Shown here: positions 24,654-32,622 of the stretch, in pieces
Position numbering within the stretch: the stretch's first letter is position 1
Layout: each line of letters starts with the position of its first letter
From: Polyangiaceae bacterium
GTDB lineage: Bacteria > Myxococcota_A > Polyangia > Polyangiales > Polyangiaceae
Assembly: GCA_046351395.1 (NCBI GenBank)
Contig: JAXLYP010000017.1
Coordinates: forward strand, 193,508-246,456
Direction: 5' to 3'
DNA length: 52,949 nucleotides
The notes under the pieces: model-generated
Databases searched by the model: none
Told to the model about the DNA's origin: nothing
What the model saw: only the letters and a program-made list of their open reading frames with translations
Translations under genes and position numbers: made by a program

Positions 24654-26060
24654 ATGACCGAAGCGCTACCCGACGACGCCGAGATCTTGGGAACGCTCGA
24701 TGAACTCATCGAGCGCCTTTCGAAGAGCAAGCGCGGCGCTGATCTCCGGAACGCGCTGCACGACGCGAAGCGCTTGAGGAGCGCGACGCTCAAGTGGGGC
24801 ATCATCCCGCCTCCGCCCGATGCGCGGCGCGAGCTGCTCGACCGCGTCGCGCAGCTCCTCGCGCTCGCGGCGGGTGCCCAGGCGGACGGGGACGACGGTG
24901 AGCGTCCGCCGGAGTCGGCGCGGTCGCGGTCTTCGAGGAAGGCGCGCGGCGCGGCCCTCGAGGAGAAGCCCGCGCGTGGCGCAGCGTCGCTCGGTTCGCG
25001 CATCCACGACGAGGCGACGAAGCCCGAGGGGCGGTTTCCGAGCATCCACGACGAGGAGACCGCGCCCCTCCCGAGCAGGCCGCCCACCGCGGCGGAGCGC
25101 CGACGAGGCAAGGCGCGCGCGGAGGGCGCGTATGCGAAGTCGGTGCACGACGAGGACACCGCGCCCGGGCCCGAGGTTCGTGCGGCGCAAGCGGTGGAGG
25201 CGCGCGTGATTCGCCGGCCCGAGATCGCCGACGAGGAGACGGTCCGCGAGGGCTATCGCAAGGCCGCTCCACCGAAGTCGTCTCCCACACCGGTGGCCGC
25301 GCCGCCGTCGAAGGCGCCGTCCGCGCCTCCGCCGAAGGCGCCCTCCCCGACGCCACCGAAGGTGCCGTCTGCGCCTCCGCCGAAGGCGCCCTCCGCACCG
25401 CCGCCGAAGTCGCCGTCCGCGCCCCCTGCACCGCACCCCAAGCTCCAGCGGACGCAGAGCGGCGCGGTCGCGCTCGCGCCGCTCCAGGACCTCGACCTCA
25501 GCGACCTCGAGCTCTTCGCGGCGCCGCCGAGCAAGAGCTCGCTCTCGGCGAGCCCGCAGCTACCGCCGATCGTCATGCCCGCATTGTCCGACGGGGGCGC
25601 CGCGCCCAAGTCGAAGATCGAGGGGTTCAGCACGTCGGTCTCCACGCCCAAGATGGCCGCGGTGCGGCCGCCCCCGTCCAAGCCGACCGAGCCGCTGCCC
25701 GCCGTGAAGGAGGCTTCGGGCGTCACCATCGTGCGCGGGAATGCGTCGGCGTGGCGGCCGCTCCCCGCCGCTCCCGCGGTGCTCGTGCGCACCGTCCAGT
25801 CGACGGCGACGGGCGTGATCGCGCTCGTCAAGCTGCCCGTCTCGGCGCGTGTCCCCTCGAAGCGAGTGGACGGCGAGGTGCAGCTCTTCGTGTTGATTGG
25901 AGGCATCACGCTCGGTCCGCACGAGCTCGCCGCGGGCGACGCGTGTCGCCTCGAGAAGGGCTCGACGCGACAAGCGATCACGACGACGGGCCCCGCGACG
26001 ATCCTCTACGTGGGCCCGAGCCTCGGCGGCGACACGACCGATCCACAGGCCGACGTCTGA
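24654..26060 (+). CDS. Repeat-containing Pro-rich protein with C-terminal cupin-like beta domain, unknown function
   Basis: ATG 24654. Four (I/V)HDE(E/D)T-type motifs. PPPKAPSA-type octapeptide repeated about 5 times. The C-terminus (…GEVQLFVLIGGITLGPHELAAGDACRLEKG…) looks like a small beta-barrel. Confidence 0.6.
   Translation: MTEALPDDAEILGTLDELIERLSKSKRGADLRNALHDAKRLRSATLKWGIIPPPPDARRELLDRVAQLLALAAGAQADGDDGERPPESARSRSSRKARGAALEEKPARGAASLGSRIHDEATKPEGRFPSIHDEETAPLPSRPPTAAERRRGKARAEGAYAKSVHDEDTAPGPEVRAAQAVEARVIRRPEIADEETVREGYRKAAPPKSSPTPVAAPPSKAPSAPPPKAPSPTPPKVPSAPPPKAPSAPPPKSPSAPPAPHPKLQRTQSGAVALAPLQDLDLSDLELFAAPPSKSSLSASPQLPPIVMPALSDGGAAPKSKIEGFSTSVSTPKMAAVRPPPSKPTEPLPAVKEASGVTIVRGNASAWRPLPAAPAVLVRTVQSTATGVIALVKLPVSARVPSKRVDGEVQLFVLIGGITLGPHELAAGDACRLEKGSTRQAITTTGPATILYVGPSLGGDTTDPQADV
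25300..25430 (+). repeat. Tandem 24-bp coding repeat (~5 units; PPPKAPSA octapeptide)
   Basis: ccgccgaaggcgccctcc-type units read directly in the sequence. Protein: APPSKAPSAPPPKAPSPTPPKVPSAPPPKAPSAPPPKSPSAPP. Confidence 0.75.
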
Positions 26061-26075
26061 GCGCGGAGGGAACGG

Positions 26076-27797
26076 GTGGCCGACGCGCAGACCGAACGCT
26101 GCGAGGGATGTGGCGCCGAGCTGACCGCGGGCGCCCGCTTCTGCGCGACGTGTGGGCGCCCGGTCGCCGCGCTCGCTCCAACCGAGCTGCACGCCCCGAG
26201 GTTCGACGCGACCCCCGCGATGCGCCTCGCGCCGGGGACGATGCTGGGGAGTTACCGGATCGAGGCGCTCCTCGGCGAAGGCGGGATGGGCGTCGTCTAC
26301 CGCGCGCGCGACGAGGTCATGCACCGCACGGTCGCGCTCAAATGTCTGCACACGAACCTCGCGGGGGACGCGGGGATCCGCCGGCGCTTCGGGCGAGAGG
26401 CGCGCGCGCTCGCGACGGTCGTGCACCCGAACGTCGTGCGCGTGTACGACTTCGTCGATCACGAGCACGTCCCCGCGATCGTCATGGAGCTCGTCGACGG
26501 ACCGAGCCTGTCCGCGCACGTCGCGGCGTGGCGTGAGTCCGTCCCGTTCGAGGAGATCCGCGGCCTCTTCGGGCAGATCCTCGCCGCCGTCGGCCACGGG
26601 CACGACAACGGCATCATCCACCGCGATCTCAAGCCAGACAATGTGCTGCTCGCGCGGGAGGCGCGCGGGCTCCGCCCGAAGGTCGTGGATTTCGGGCTCG
26701 CGAAGATCCTCGAGGGGACGACGTACACCGTCACGGGCGCCCTCCTCGGGACGTGCCGGTACATGGCGCCCGAGCAGGTGCAGGACCCGGAGCGCGCGGA
26801 TCTGCGCGCCGACATCTATTCGCTGGGCGTCACCCTCTATCAGCTCGTGACGGGGAGCGTGCCCTTCGATCGGGCGACCCACTTCGCGGTCATGATGGCG
26901 CACGTCAACGAAGCACCGCGCCCGCCATCCTCGATCCGCGCGGACGTCCCTGCGCTCCTCGAGCGCCTCGTCCTCGACGCGCTCGCGAAGGATCCGAGCG
27001 CGCGCCCTCCCTCGTGCGCCGTGTTCCGCGAGCGGCTCGACGAGGCGCTCGCGGCGTACGAGCCGGAGGACGCACCGCCGGGCTCGCTCCCGCGCGTCGT
27101 GCGAGGGGCGGAGACGGCAGATCTCGTGCTCGTGCCCGAGGGTCCGTTTCTCTTTGGCCCGCACCGGCGCCGCGTCGATTTGGACGCGTTCTACATCGAT
27201 CGGACGCCGGTCACGAACGGCGAGTTCGCCGCGTTCGTGAGGGCCACGCGATATGCGCCGTCGGACGAGGGGAGCGGACGGTTCCTGCATCACTTCCGGG
27301 GTGGGAAGGCGCCCGTCGGCGCGGAGCATCACCCGGTGACGCACGTCTCGTGGACCGACGCGCGGGCGTACGCGACGTGGGCGGGCAAGCGACTCCCGAC
27401 GGAGGCGGAGTGGGAGAAGGCCGCGCGAGGGACGGACGGACGGAGGTACCCATGGGGCCGCGCGGAGCCCACCGCGGATCGCGCGAACTACGGGAAGCTG
27501 AACGGTGGAACGACGCCCGTCACCGCGCACGCCGCGGGAGCGTCACCGTACGGTGTGTTGGATCTTGCGGGCAATGTCTGGGAGTGGTGCGAGGACGTCG
27601 ACGATCCCGCGTTTTACCTCGACGGTCCTACGCGGAACCCGAAGAACGCGCCGCGCGCGGGCGAGCGCGCGCGGCACGTGGTGCGCGGCGGCTCCTGGCT
27701 CTACGGCCCGCGCGCCCTGCGCACGGTGTACCGCGCGAGCTTCGAAGCGCACTATCGCGTCGCGAGCGGCGGATTCCGCTGCGCGCGCTCCGCCTGA
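26076..27797 (+). CDS. Ser/Thr protein kinase with N-terminal zinc-ribbon and C-terminal FGE-sulfatase (SUMF1-like) domain
   Basis: CEGCGAELTAGARFCATCG; kinase motifs GEGGMGVVYRA, VALK, HRDLKPDNVLL, DFGLAK, APE. FGE domain: PVTHVSWTDARAYATWAGKRLPTEAEWEKAARG, GNVWEWCED, VVRGGSW. Confidence 0.85.
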   Translation: MADAQTERCEGCGAELTAGARFCATCGRPVAALAPTELHAPRFDATPAMRLAPGTMLGSYRIEALLGEGGMGVVYRARDEVMHRTVALKCLHTNLAGDAGIRRRFGREARALATVVHPNVVRVYDFVDHEHVPAIVMELVDGPSLSAHVAAWRESVPFEEIRGLFGQILAAVGHGHDNGIIHRDLKPDNVLLAREARGLRPKVVDFGLAKILEGTTYTVTGALLGTCRYMAPEQVQDPERADLRADIYSLGVTLYQLVTGSVPFDRATHFAVMMAHVNEAPRPPSSIRADVPALLERLVLDALAKDPSARPPSCAVFRERLDEALAAYEPEDAPPGSLPRVVRGAETADLVLVPEGPFLFGPHRRRVDLDAFYIDRTPVTNGEFAAFVRATRYAPSDEGSGRFLHHFRGGKAPVGAEHHPVTHVSWTDARAYATWAGKRLPTEAEWEKAARGTDGRRYPWGRAEPTADRANYGKLNGGTTPVTAHAAGASPYGVLDLAGNVWEWCEDVDDPAFYLDGPTRNPKNAPRAGERARHVVRGGSWLYGPRALRTVYRASFEAHYRVASGGFRCARSA

Positions 27798-27863
27798 GGC
27801 CGGGGCGCCGAGCGCGCTTTTTCAGAGGCTCACCGCCCGCGGGGACCGTACACTCGGCCTCGC

Positions 27864-28361
27864 ATGCTCGATCGACCCCAGATCCTCGCCGAGCTCGCGC
27901 GCACCCGGACCCAACCGGTGGACGTGGAGGAGCTCCGCTCGCTCGGGTTTCCTCCGCACTATCTCGCGCTCGTCGCGGAGGTCGGGGTGCAGGAGATCGC
28001 GCCCGACTTCCTGATGCCGACGTCGATGCACGTCGCCGTCGAGAACCTCCGGAACGCGAAGCGACTCGGCTCGTACCTCGTCTTCGGGGTCTCCGCGTCG
28101 GGGGACATGTGGCTGCTCGACAAAGATCCGTCGAGGGATCGCGTCGCGTTCCTCCCGCAAGAAGAGGAGAGCGGGCCGCGGGTCGAGCTCGGCATCGGCC
28201 TCGACCAGTGGTTCGAGCTCGCGCTGTTCATGCGCACGCACGAGGCCGCGAAGGCGCGCGCGAAGAGCGAGAGCGAGAAGCGCGCGCTGAAGGCGCGCGC
28301 CAAGAAGTTCATCGAGACGATGTCGCGGACGCTCGCGGAGGCGTACCCGTACCTCCTCTGA
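27864..28361 (+). CDS. SMI1/KNR4 (SUKH-superfamily) immunity-like protein
   Basis: 165 aa. EELRSLGFPPHYLALVAEVG and YLVFGVSASGDMWLLDKDPSRDRVAFLPQE match the SUKH pattern (recognised by eye). Confidence 0.55.
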   Translation: MLDRPQILAELARTRTQPVDVEELRSLGFPPHYLALVAEVGVQEIAPDFLMPTSMHVAVENLRNAKRLGSYLVFGVSASGDMWLLDKDPSRDRVAFLPQEEESGPRVELGIGLDQWFELALFMRTHEAAKARAKSESEKRALKARAKKFIETMSRTLAEAYPYLL

Positions 28362-28363
28362 AC

Positions 28364-29629
28364 GTGGGCAACGGAACTTCGATCCCCGCTCACGCGGAGC
28401 TCGGCGACTCGCACAACTTCGGGCGCCGCGTCTCGATCTCGGGCGATCGGGTGCGGAAGCCCCGCACGCTGTTCTGGGAGTGGCTGGTCCTCGCGGCAGA
28501 CAGTCCGCTGCGCCTCGCGCTCGATCGCATGGCGCGCGAGGCGCCGGCGTCGTCCGGCCTCGACGCGAACGCGTTCTCGTTCTTGCCTTCGCTGGCGTTC
28601 TCGGGGCACGAGTCGCGCGAGGGAGGCGAGGTCGAGCGCGTCGACCTGGATCCGCTGCCCGCGCTCTCGGACGGCGAGAGGACCCGATTTGCGAGGCTCG
28701 TGGGCCGCTCGATCGCCCTCTTCGCGTGGCTCGGGGTGTCCGACCTGCACTGGGAGAACCTCGTGCTCGGCGTCCGGAGGGACGGTGGAGTGGTGTTCGG
28801 CCCGCTGGACGTCGAGATCATCCTGAGCGACCTCTCGCTCCCGACGGAGACGAAGCTGCTCCCGGACGCGGATCCGGAGTACGCGGCGCTCTGTCGGCAC
28901 GCGTGCGGTGTGCGCCGGGCCCTGCCGTGGCTCGGCAAGCCGATCCGCGCGGGGGATCTCGTCGCGATGGCCTCGGACTATCGCGCCACGCTCGCGCTCC
29001 TCGACCGACAGTCCAACGCGGTCGCGGAGGCGCTCGCGGGCCTACCGGGGCTCGCGGACGCGCCGATCCGCGTTTGTCTGCGCAGCACGGGCGACTACGT
29101 CGAGGCGCGACGCGCCGTGCGCCGAAGCGCGCTCTGGCCTCCCTTGCTGGACGCCGAAGCGGAGCAGCTCGCGCGCGGAGACATTCCCTATTTCTTCCGT
29201 CTGTACGGGCGCCCCGGGATTCACTGGTTCCCCGAGCCGGAGTTGAAAGAGCTCGGGACGCTGCCTTCGAAGGGGGACGTCCCCAAGCTCGATAGGCTGC
29301 TCTCCGTGGCCAAAGGCCTCCGCTCGAGCTCGCGAAAGAGCCTCCGCGAAGAGGGCCTGTTCGCGCTGCTGGGCGCGTTCGATCATCCGTCGATGGGAGG
29401 AAAGTACGAAGATCGCGGCCTCGAGGTCGCGTTCCAGCGGCGCTCCATCGTGCTGACGCTGAAAGGGGGAGAGGAGCTGCGTGCGCACCGCGATTTGGGG
29501 GCGTACGTCGGGAGCGTCTATTTGCCGTGCACCTGCGGGGAGGTCCGCACGGTGTTCGTCCCTCCCGTGACCACCTGCGAAGGCGGGACCGCGGCTCCGC
29601 CACCTGCGAAGGTCAAACCGGGTCGGTGA
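28364..29629 (+). CDS. Stand-alone DUF4135 (LanM N-terminal dehydratase / lipid-kinase-like) domain protein
   Basis: GTG lies 3 nt after the SUKH stop. VRKPRTLFWEW; FARLVGRSIALFAWLGVSDLHWENLVLG (DxHxEN motif); VFGPLDVEIIL (DxE). No LanC-like cyclase domain follows. Confidence 0.6.
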   Translation: MGNGTSIPAHAELGDSHNFGRRVSISGDRVRKPRTLFWEWLVLAADSPLRLALDRMAREAPASSGLDANAFSFLPSLAFSGHESREGGEVERVDLDPLPALSDGERTRFARLVGRSIALFAWLGVSDLHWENLVLGVRRDGGVVFGPLDVEIILSDLSLPTETKLLPDADPEYAALCRHACGVRRALPWLGKPIRAGDLVAMASDYRATLALLDRQSNAVAEALAGLPGLADAPIRVCLRSTGDYVEARRAVRRSALWPPLLDAEAEQLARGDIPYFFRLYGRPGIHWFPEPELKELGTLPSKGDVPKLDRLLSVAKGLRSSSRKSLREEGLFALLGAFDHPSMGGKYEDRGLEVAFQRRSIVLTLKGGEELRAHRDLGAYVGSVYLPCTCGEVRTVFVPPVTTCEGGTAAPPPAKVKPGR

Positions 29630-29636
29630 TCGCGGA

Positions 29637-30266
29637 TCAAGGGCAGCCCCCATCGATCACGAGTCCAGTCCGGCCGAGCGGCTCGGCGTCGGGCGTCCAG
29701 TCGAGCCCGTCCGCGAACGACATCACGCCCTCCACGTCCACCGCGCAGGGGGGAGCTGAAATCGCGAGCTTCCCACCGAGCGAGGTCGCGTTCGCGATCT
29801 CGCCGATGGGTGTAGGCGGACCGATCCCGGTCCACGGCGCGCAGTCGTCCGCGTCGTGGGTGACGCGCGCGAACTTGATGAGATCGAGCGGGTATTGCCC
29901 GAGATCGACGACCTCCATCGAGAGCGCGTCGAGCCCGAGCTGGAAGCAGAGATCCCGCGCGTCGTCGCGCTTGAGGATCGCGACGGCCCCGGCGTTCGTG
30001 AAGAGGTTGATGGCGCTGTAGGCGTCGCAGGGACCCGCGCACGATCCACTCCCCGTGCTGCTCGACGCGCTCGCGCTCCCGGCTCCACTTCCGGTCGCGC
30101 TCGAGCCGACGGTCGTTCCGCCCCCATCATCCTCGAGCGTGGCGACGTCGCGACACGCGCCGAGGAGCACAATCGCGATCACGAGGGTCGCCCGCGGCGC
30201 CGTGCGCTCGCGAAGGAGTGCTCCGAGGGAGGTCCCTTGGGGTGCGGTTTCGCCGCGCGCCCTCAT
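29637..30266 (-). CDS. Lipoprotein, unknown function (translationally coupled to the TssC-like gene)
   Basis: ATG 30266 overlaps the upstream stop (ATGA). Lipobox IVLLGAC. Gly/Ser-rich linker followed by a Cys-containing globular domain. Confidence 0.65.
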   Translation of the reverse strand: MRARGETAPQGTSLGALLRERTAPRATLVIAIVLLGACRDVATLEDDGGGTTVGSSATGSGAGSASASSSTGSGSCAGPCDAYSAINLFTNAGAVAILKRDDARDLCFQLGLDALSMEVVDLGQYPLDLIKFARVTHDADDCAPWTGIGPPTPIGEIANATSLGGKLAISAPPCAVDVEGVMSFADGLDWTPDAEPLGRTGLVIDGGCP

Positions 30267-31615
30267 GGATCGAGCGTCCCTTTCAAGCTGAGCGTGAAGA
30301 ACGCGCCCATGTGCTTGAAGTGCGGGCGCAGCCTCAGATCGAAGGAGCGCCACGCCTCGCCGTCGGTCGAGTCGCGCACGATCACCTGCACCTTCCGCAG
30401 CGGCCTTCGCCCCCGGAGCGCGGGGGGCACGACCTCCCGATCGGCGACGTATTGGCCCGCCCAGTCGTTGAGCTCGCGTTCGTCGTCCACTGCCGTCGTC
30501 GCCCATGATGGCTTTTCGACACGCCGAGGGGGCGCGCCCGGGACGAGCGCCTCTGGGTCGTTGATTTGGAAGGAGCGGTGCACCACCTTCAGGTACTGAC
30601 CAATCCTCGTGGAGATGAACACGTAGGGGAGCTCGGTGCCGAGCCGGTGGTTGAACTCGGCGGCGCGCGCCTCCTCCGAGTTGCCGAAGCGCTTGGGCTT
30701 CATGAGCGACCGCGCCGAGAAGAAGCCCGCGGACGTCGCGTCGACGAAGGAGAGGGGAATGAACCCCTCCTCCGACAGATCGTACTCGGTCCGCTCGCCG
30801 AGGTTCGCGTCGAGCGGCGAGATCGCGCCCTCGGGCGCGCGCGGCAGGTCCTCGATCAGGCCGTCCGCGCGCCCGACGATGTTCGGACACCAGCGGTACT
30901 TCGCGAACGACGACGTGAGGCGCGTCGCGAACGCAACGACCGCGAGCCCCCAAGCGAGATCTTCGGCGCGAGCGGTCTCGTCGTACGTGAAGCCCCCGAG
31001 CGTCTCGGTCGCCTCACGGGCAACGGCGAAGGGAGCGCGGAGGAGGAATCGGCCCACGGTGAGCCCCAGGAGGGATGCGCTCGCCTGGTCTCGCAGTGCA
31101 GCGAACGCGCGGTGATGCGCGGCGAAGTGCGCAAGAAGATCGACCGTGCCGATCGCGCGGCGGTCCTCGATCCCGAAGAAGCCTGGTGAGGCGGCCGCGA
31201 TGAAGGGGGCGAGGGAGCACGTCCCGACCTCCGCGATGCGCTCGAGGAGCGTGATGTCCTCCGGCGTGGGGTCGAACTCGAAGTCGGCGAGGATCGCCCC
31301 GTACGGTCGGTCGGTCGCGCCTCGGGCCGTCACCGCAAAGAACGCGCTCTCGCGCGCGGGCGCGCCGGAGCGCACGAGGTCGACGCGGAGCTCGTCGAGC
31401 GTACACGGGTAGAACGCGATCTCGATGTTCTCGCGGAAGTTCGTCCGCTCGACCAGGAACGCGAGGCTCCGCCACGCCCGCTCGAGGCGCTGGAACTTCG
31501 GGTGATGGAGGATCGCGTCGAGCTGCGCGGCGATCCGACGGTCCAGCGAGTCGATGATCGCGTCCGCGCGCGTGGCGGCGAGATCGACGAGGAGCGCATC
31601 ATCGTGCCGTACCAT
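30263..31615 (-). CDS. tssC: TssC/VipB-like contractile sheath large-subunit homolog (orphan, N-terminally short)
   Basis: 450 aa. QLDAILHHPKFQRLERAWRSLAFLVERTNFRENIEI, APFIAAASPGFFG, FATRLTSSFAKYRWCPNIVG, EEGFIPLSF, LRLRPHFKHMGAFFTLSL. These are collinear with the canonical TssC blocks as I recall them from V. cholerae VipB. Confidence 0.8.
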   Translation of the reverse strand: MVRHDDALLVDLAATRADAIIDSLDRRIAAQLDAILHHPKFQRLERAWRSLAFLVERTNFRENIEIAFYPCTLDELRVDLVRSGAPARESAFFAVTARGATDRPYGAILADFEFDPTPEDITLLERIAEVGTCSLAPFIAAASPGFFGIEDRRAIGTVDLLAHFAAHHRAFAALRDQASASLLGLTVGRFLLRAPFAVAREATETLGGFTYDETARAEDLAWGLAVVAFATRLTSSFAKYRWCPNIVGRADGLIEDLPRAPEGAISPLDANLGERTEYDLSEEGFIPLSFVDATSAGFFSARSLMKPKRFGNSEEARAAEFNHRLGTELPYVFISTRIGQYLKVVHRSFQINDPEALVPGAPPRRVEKPSWATTAVDDERELNDWAGQYVADREVVPPALRGRRPLRKVQVIVRDSTDGEAWRSFDLRLRPHFKHMGAFFTLSLKGTLDP

Positions 31616-31675
31616 CCTGGCATTCGGACCTGCGCGACCTCGCTTGTCAAGGCACGGTGCGCCGATGAAGGCGCC

Positions 31676-32371
31676 GTGATAACGAGCGTCGTGGACGCGA
31701 CCCCGCCCGCCCCGAAACCCGACTCGACGCCTTGCGAGGTGTGCCGGCGTCCTCGCTTCGCGTGCGTGTGCGACCGCGTCGTCGCTTACCCCACCGAGCG
31801 GCGCGTGTTGATCCTGCAGCATCCGCAGGAGCAGGACGCGCTCCTCGGCACCGCGCAGCTCCTCGCGGCGAGCTTGCCGGCGGCGCGCATCGTCATCGGG
31901 TTGAGCTGGCCGAACCTCGGCGCGGCGCTCGGCGAGCCCGAGGTGGACGTGAAGAAGTGGGCGGTGTTGTTCCCCGATCGCGAAGCGGAAGGCGAGGGCG
32001 TCGCCACGCGCCGCGGAGCTCCGGTGGATCCGCGCGCGCTCTCGGGGATCGTCGTGCTCGATGGCACGTGGTCGAAGGCGAAGGCGCTCTGGTGGCGGAA
32101 CCCGTGGCTCACGAAGCTGCACCGCATGACGCTGAAGCCGAAGCAGCCCTCGATCTACGGCAGGCTGCGAGCGGAGCCGAAGCGCGAATACGTCTCCACG
32201 CTCGAGTCCGTGGGCGCCGCGCTCACGCTCTCGGGCGAACCCCCGGAGATCGAAGCGGGCCTCTCGCGCGTCTTTCGGACGCTCGTGCAGCGTGTCCGAG
32301 ACGCGGACGTCGCCCCCGAGGAGCGCAGGCTTTCGAAGAGCACGCGGCCCCCGCGACGACGGCCGGGCTGA
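31676..32371 (+). CDS. DTW-domain protein (tRNA-uridine aminocarboxypropyltransferase family)
   Basis: N-terminal Cys cluster CEVCRRPRFACVCD. DGTWSKAKALWW (DTW motif). Start GTG 31676 (alternative 31691). Confidence 0.75.
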   Translation: MITSVVDATPPAPKPDSTPCEVCRRPRFACVCDRVVAYPTERRVLILQHPQEQDALLGTAQLLAASLPAARIVIGLSWPNLGAALGEPEVDVKKWAVLFPDREAEGEGVATRRGAPVDPRALSGIVVLDGTWSKAKALWWRNPWLTKLHRMTLKPKQPSIYGRLRAEPKREYVSTLESVGAALTLSGEPPEIEAGLSRVFRTLVQRVRDADVAPEERRLSKSTRPPRRRPG

Positions 32372-32622
32372 CTGGACGACCCGGCGTCTGCCCGTGGATA
32401 CGTGCGACGACCACCGAGCGCACGCAATTCCGCGGAGGACCGCGGCTGAATGGCTCCGTTCTGCGGCGGGTCCTCCACCGCATTCCACGACCGCCCTCCT
32501 GGGCGAAGTGGACAAAAGGCTCCGAATGTCCTCCTCGCGTTGGCGCGCGACGAGGAACTCCGCACGTCGCGGGTGCTCCGCGCGCCGCTCCCCGGGCCAA
32601 CGCGCTGATAGCGTCTCCATCG

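Noticed and set aside
26076-27797. Ser/Thr kinase-FGE fusion as a novel architecture
   Set aside because: As far as I know, kinase-FGE/SUMF1 fusions are common in myxobacteria and other large-genome bacteria, so this is not novel.
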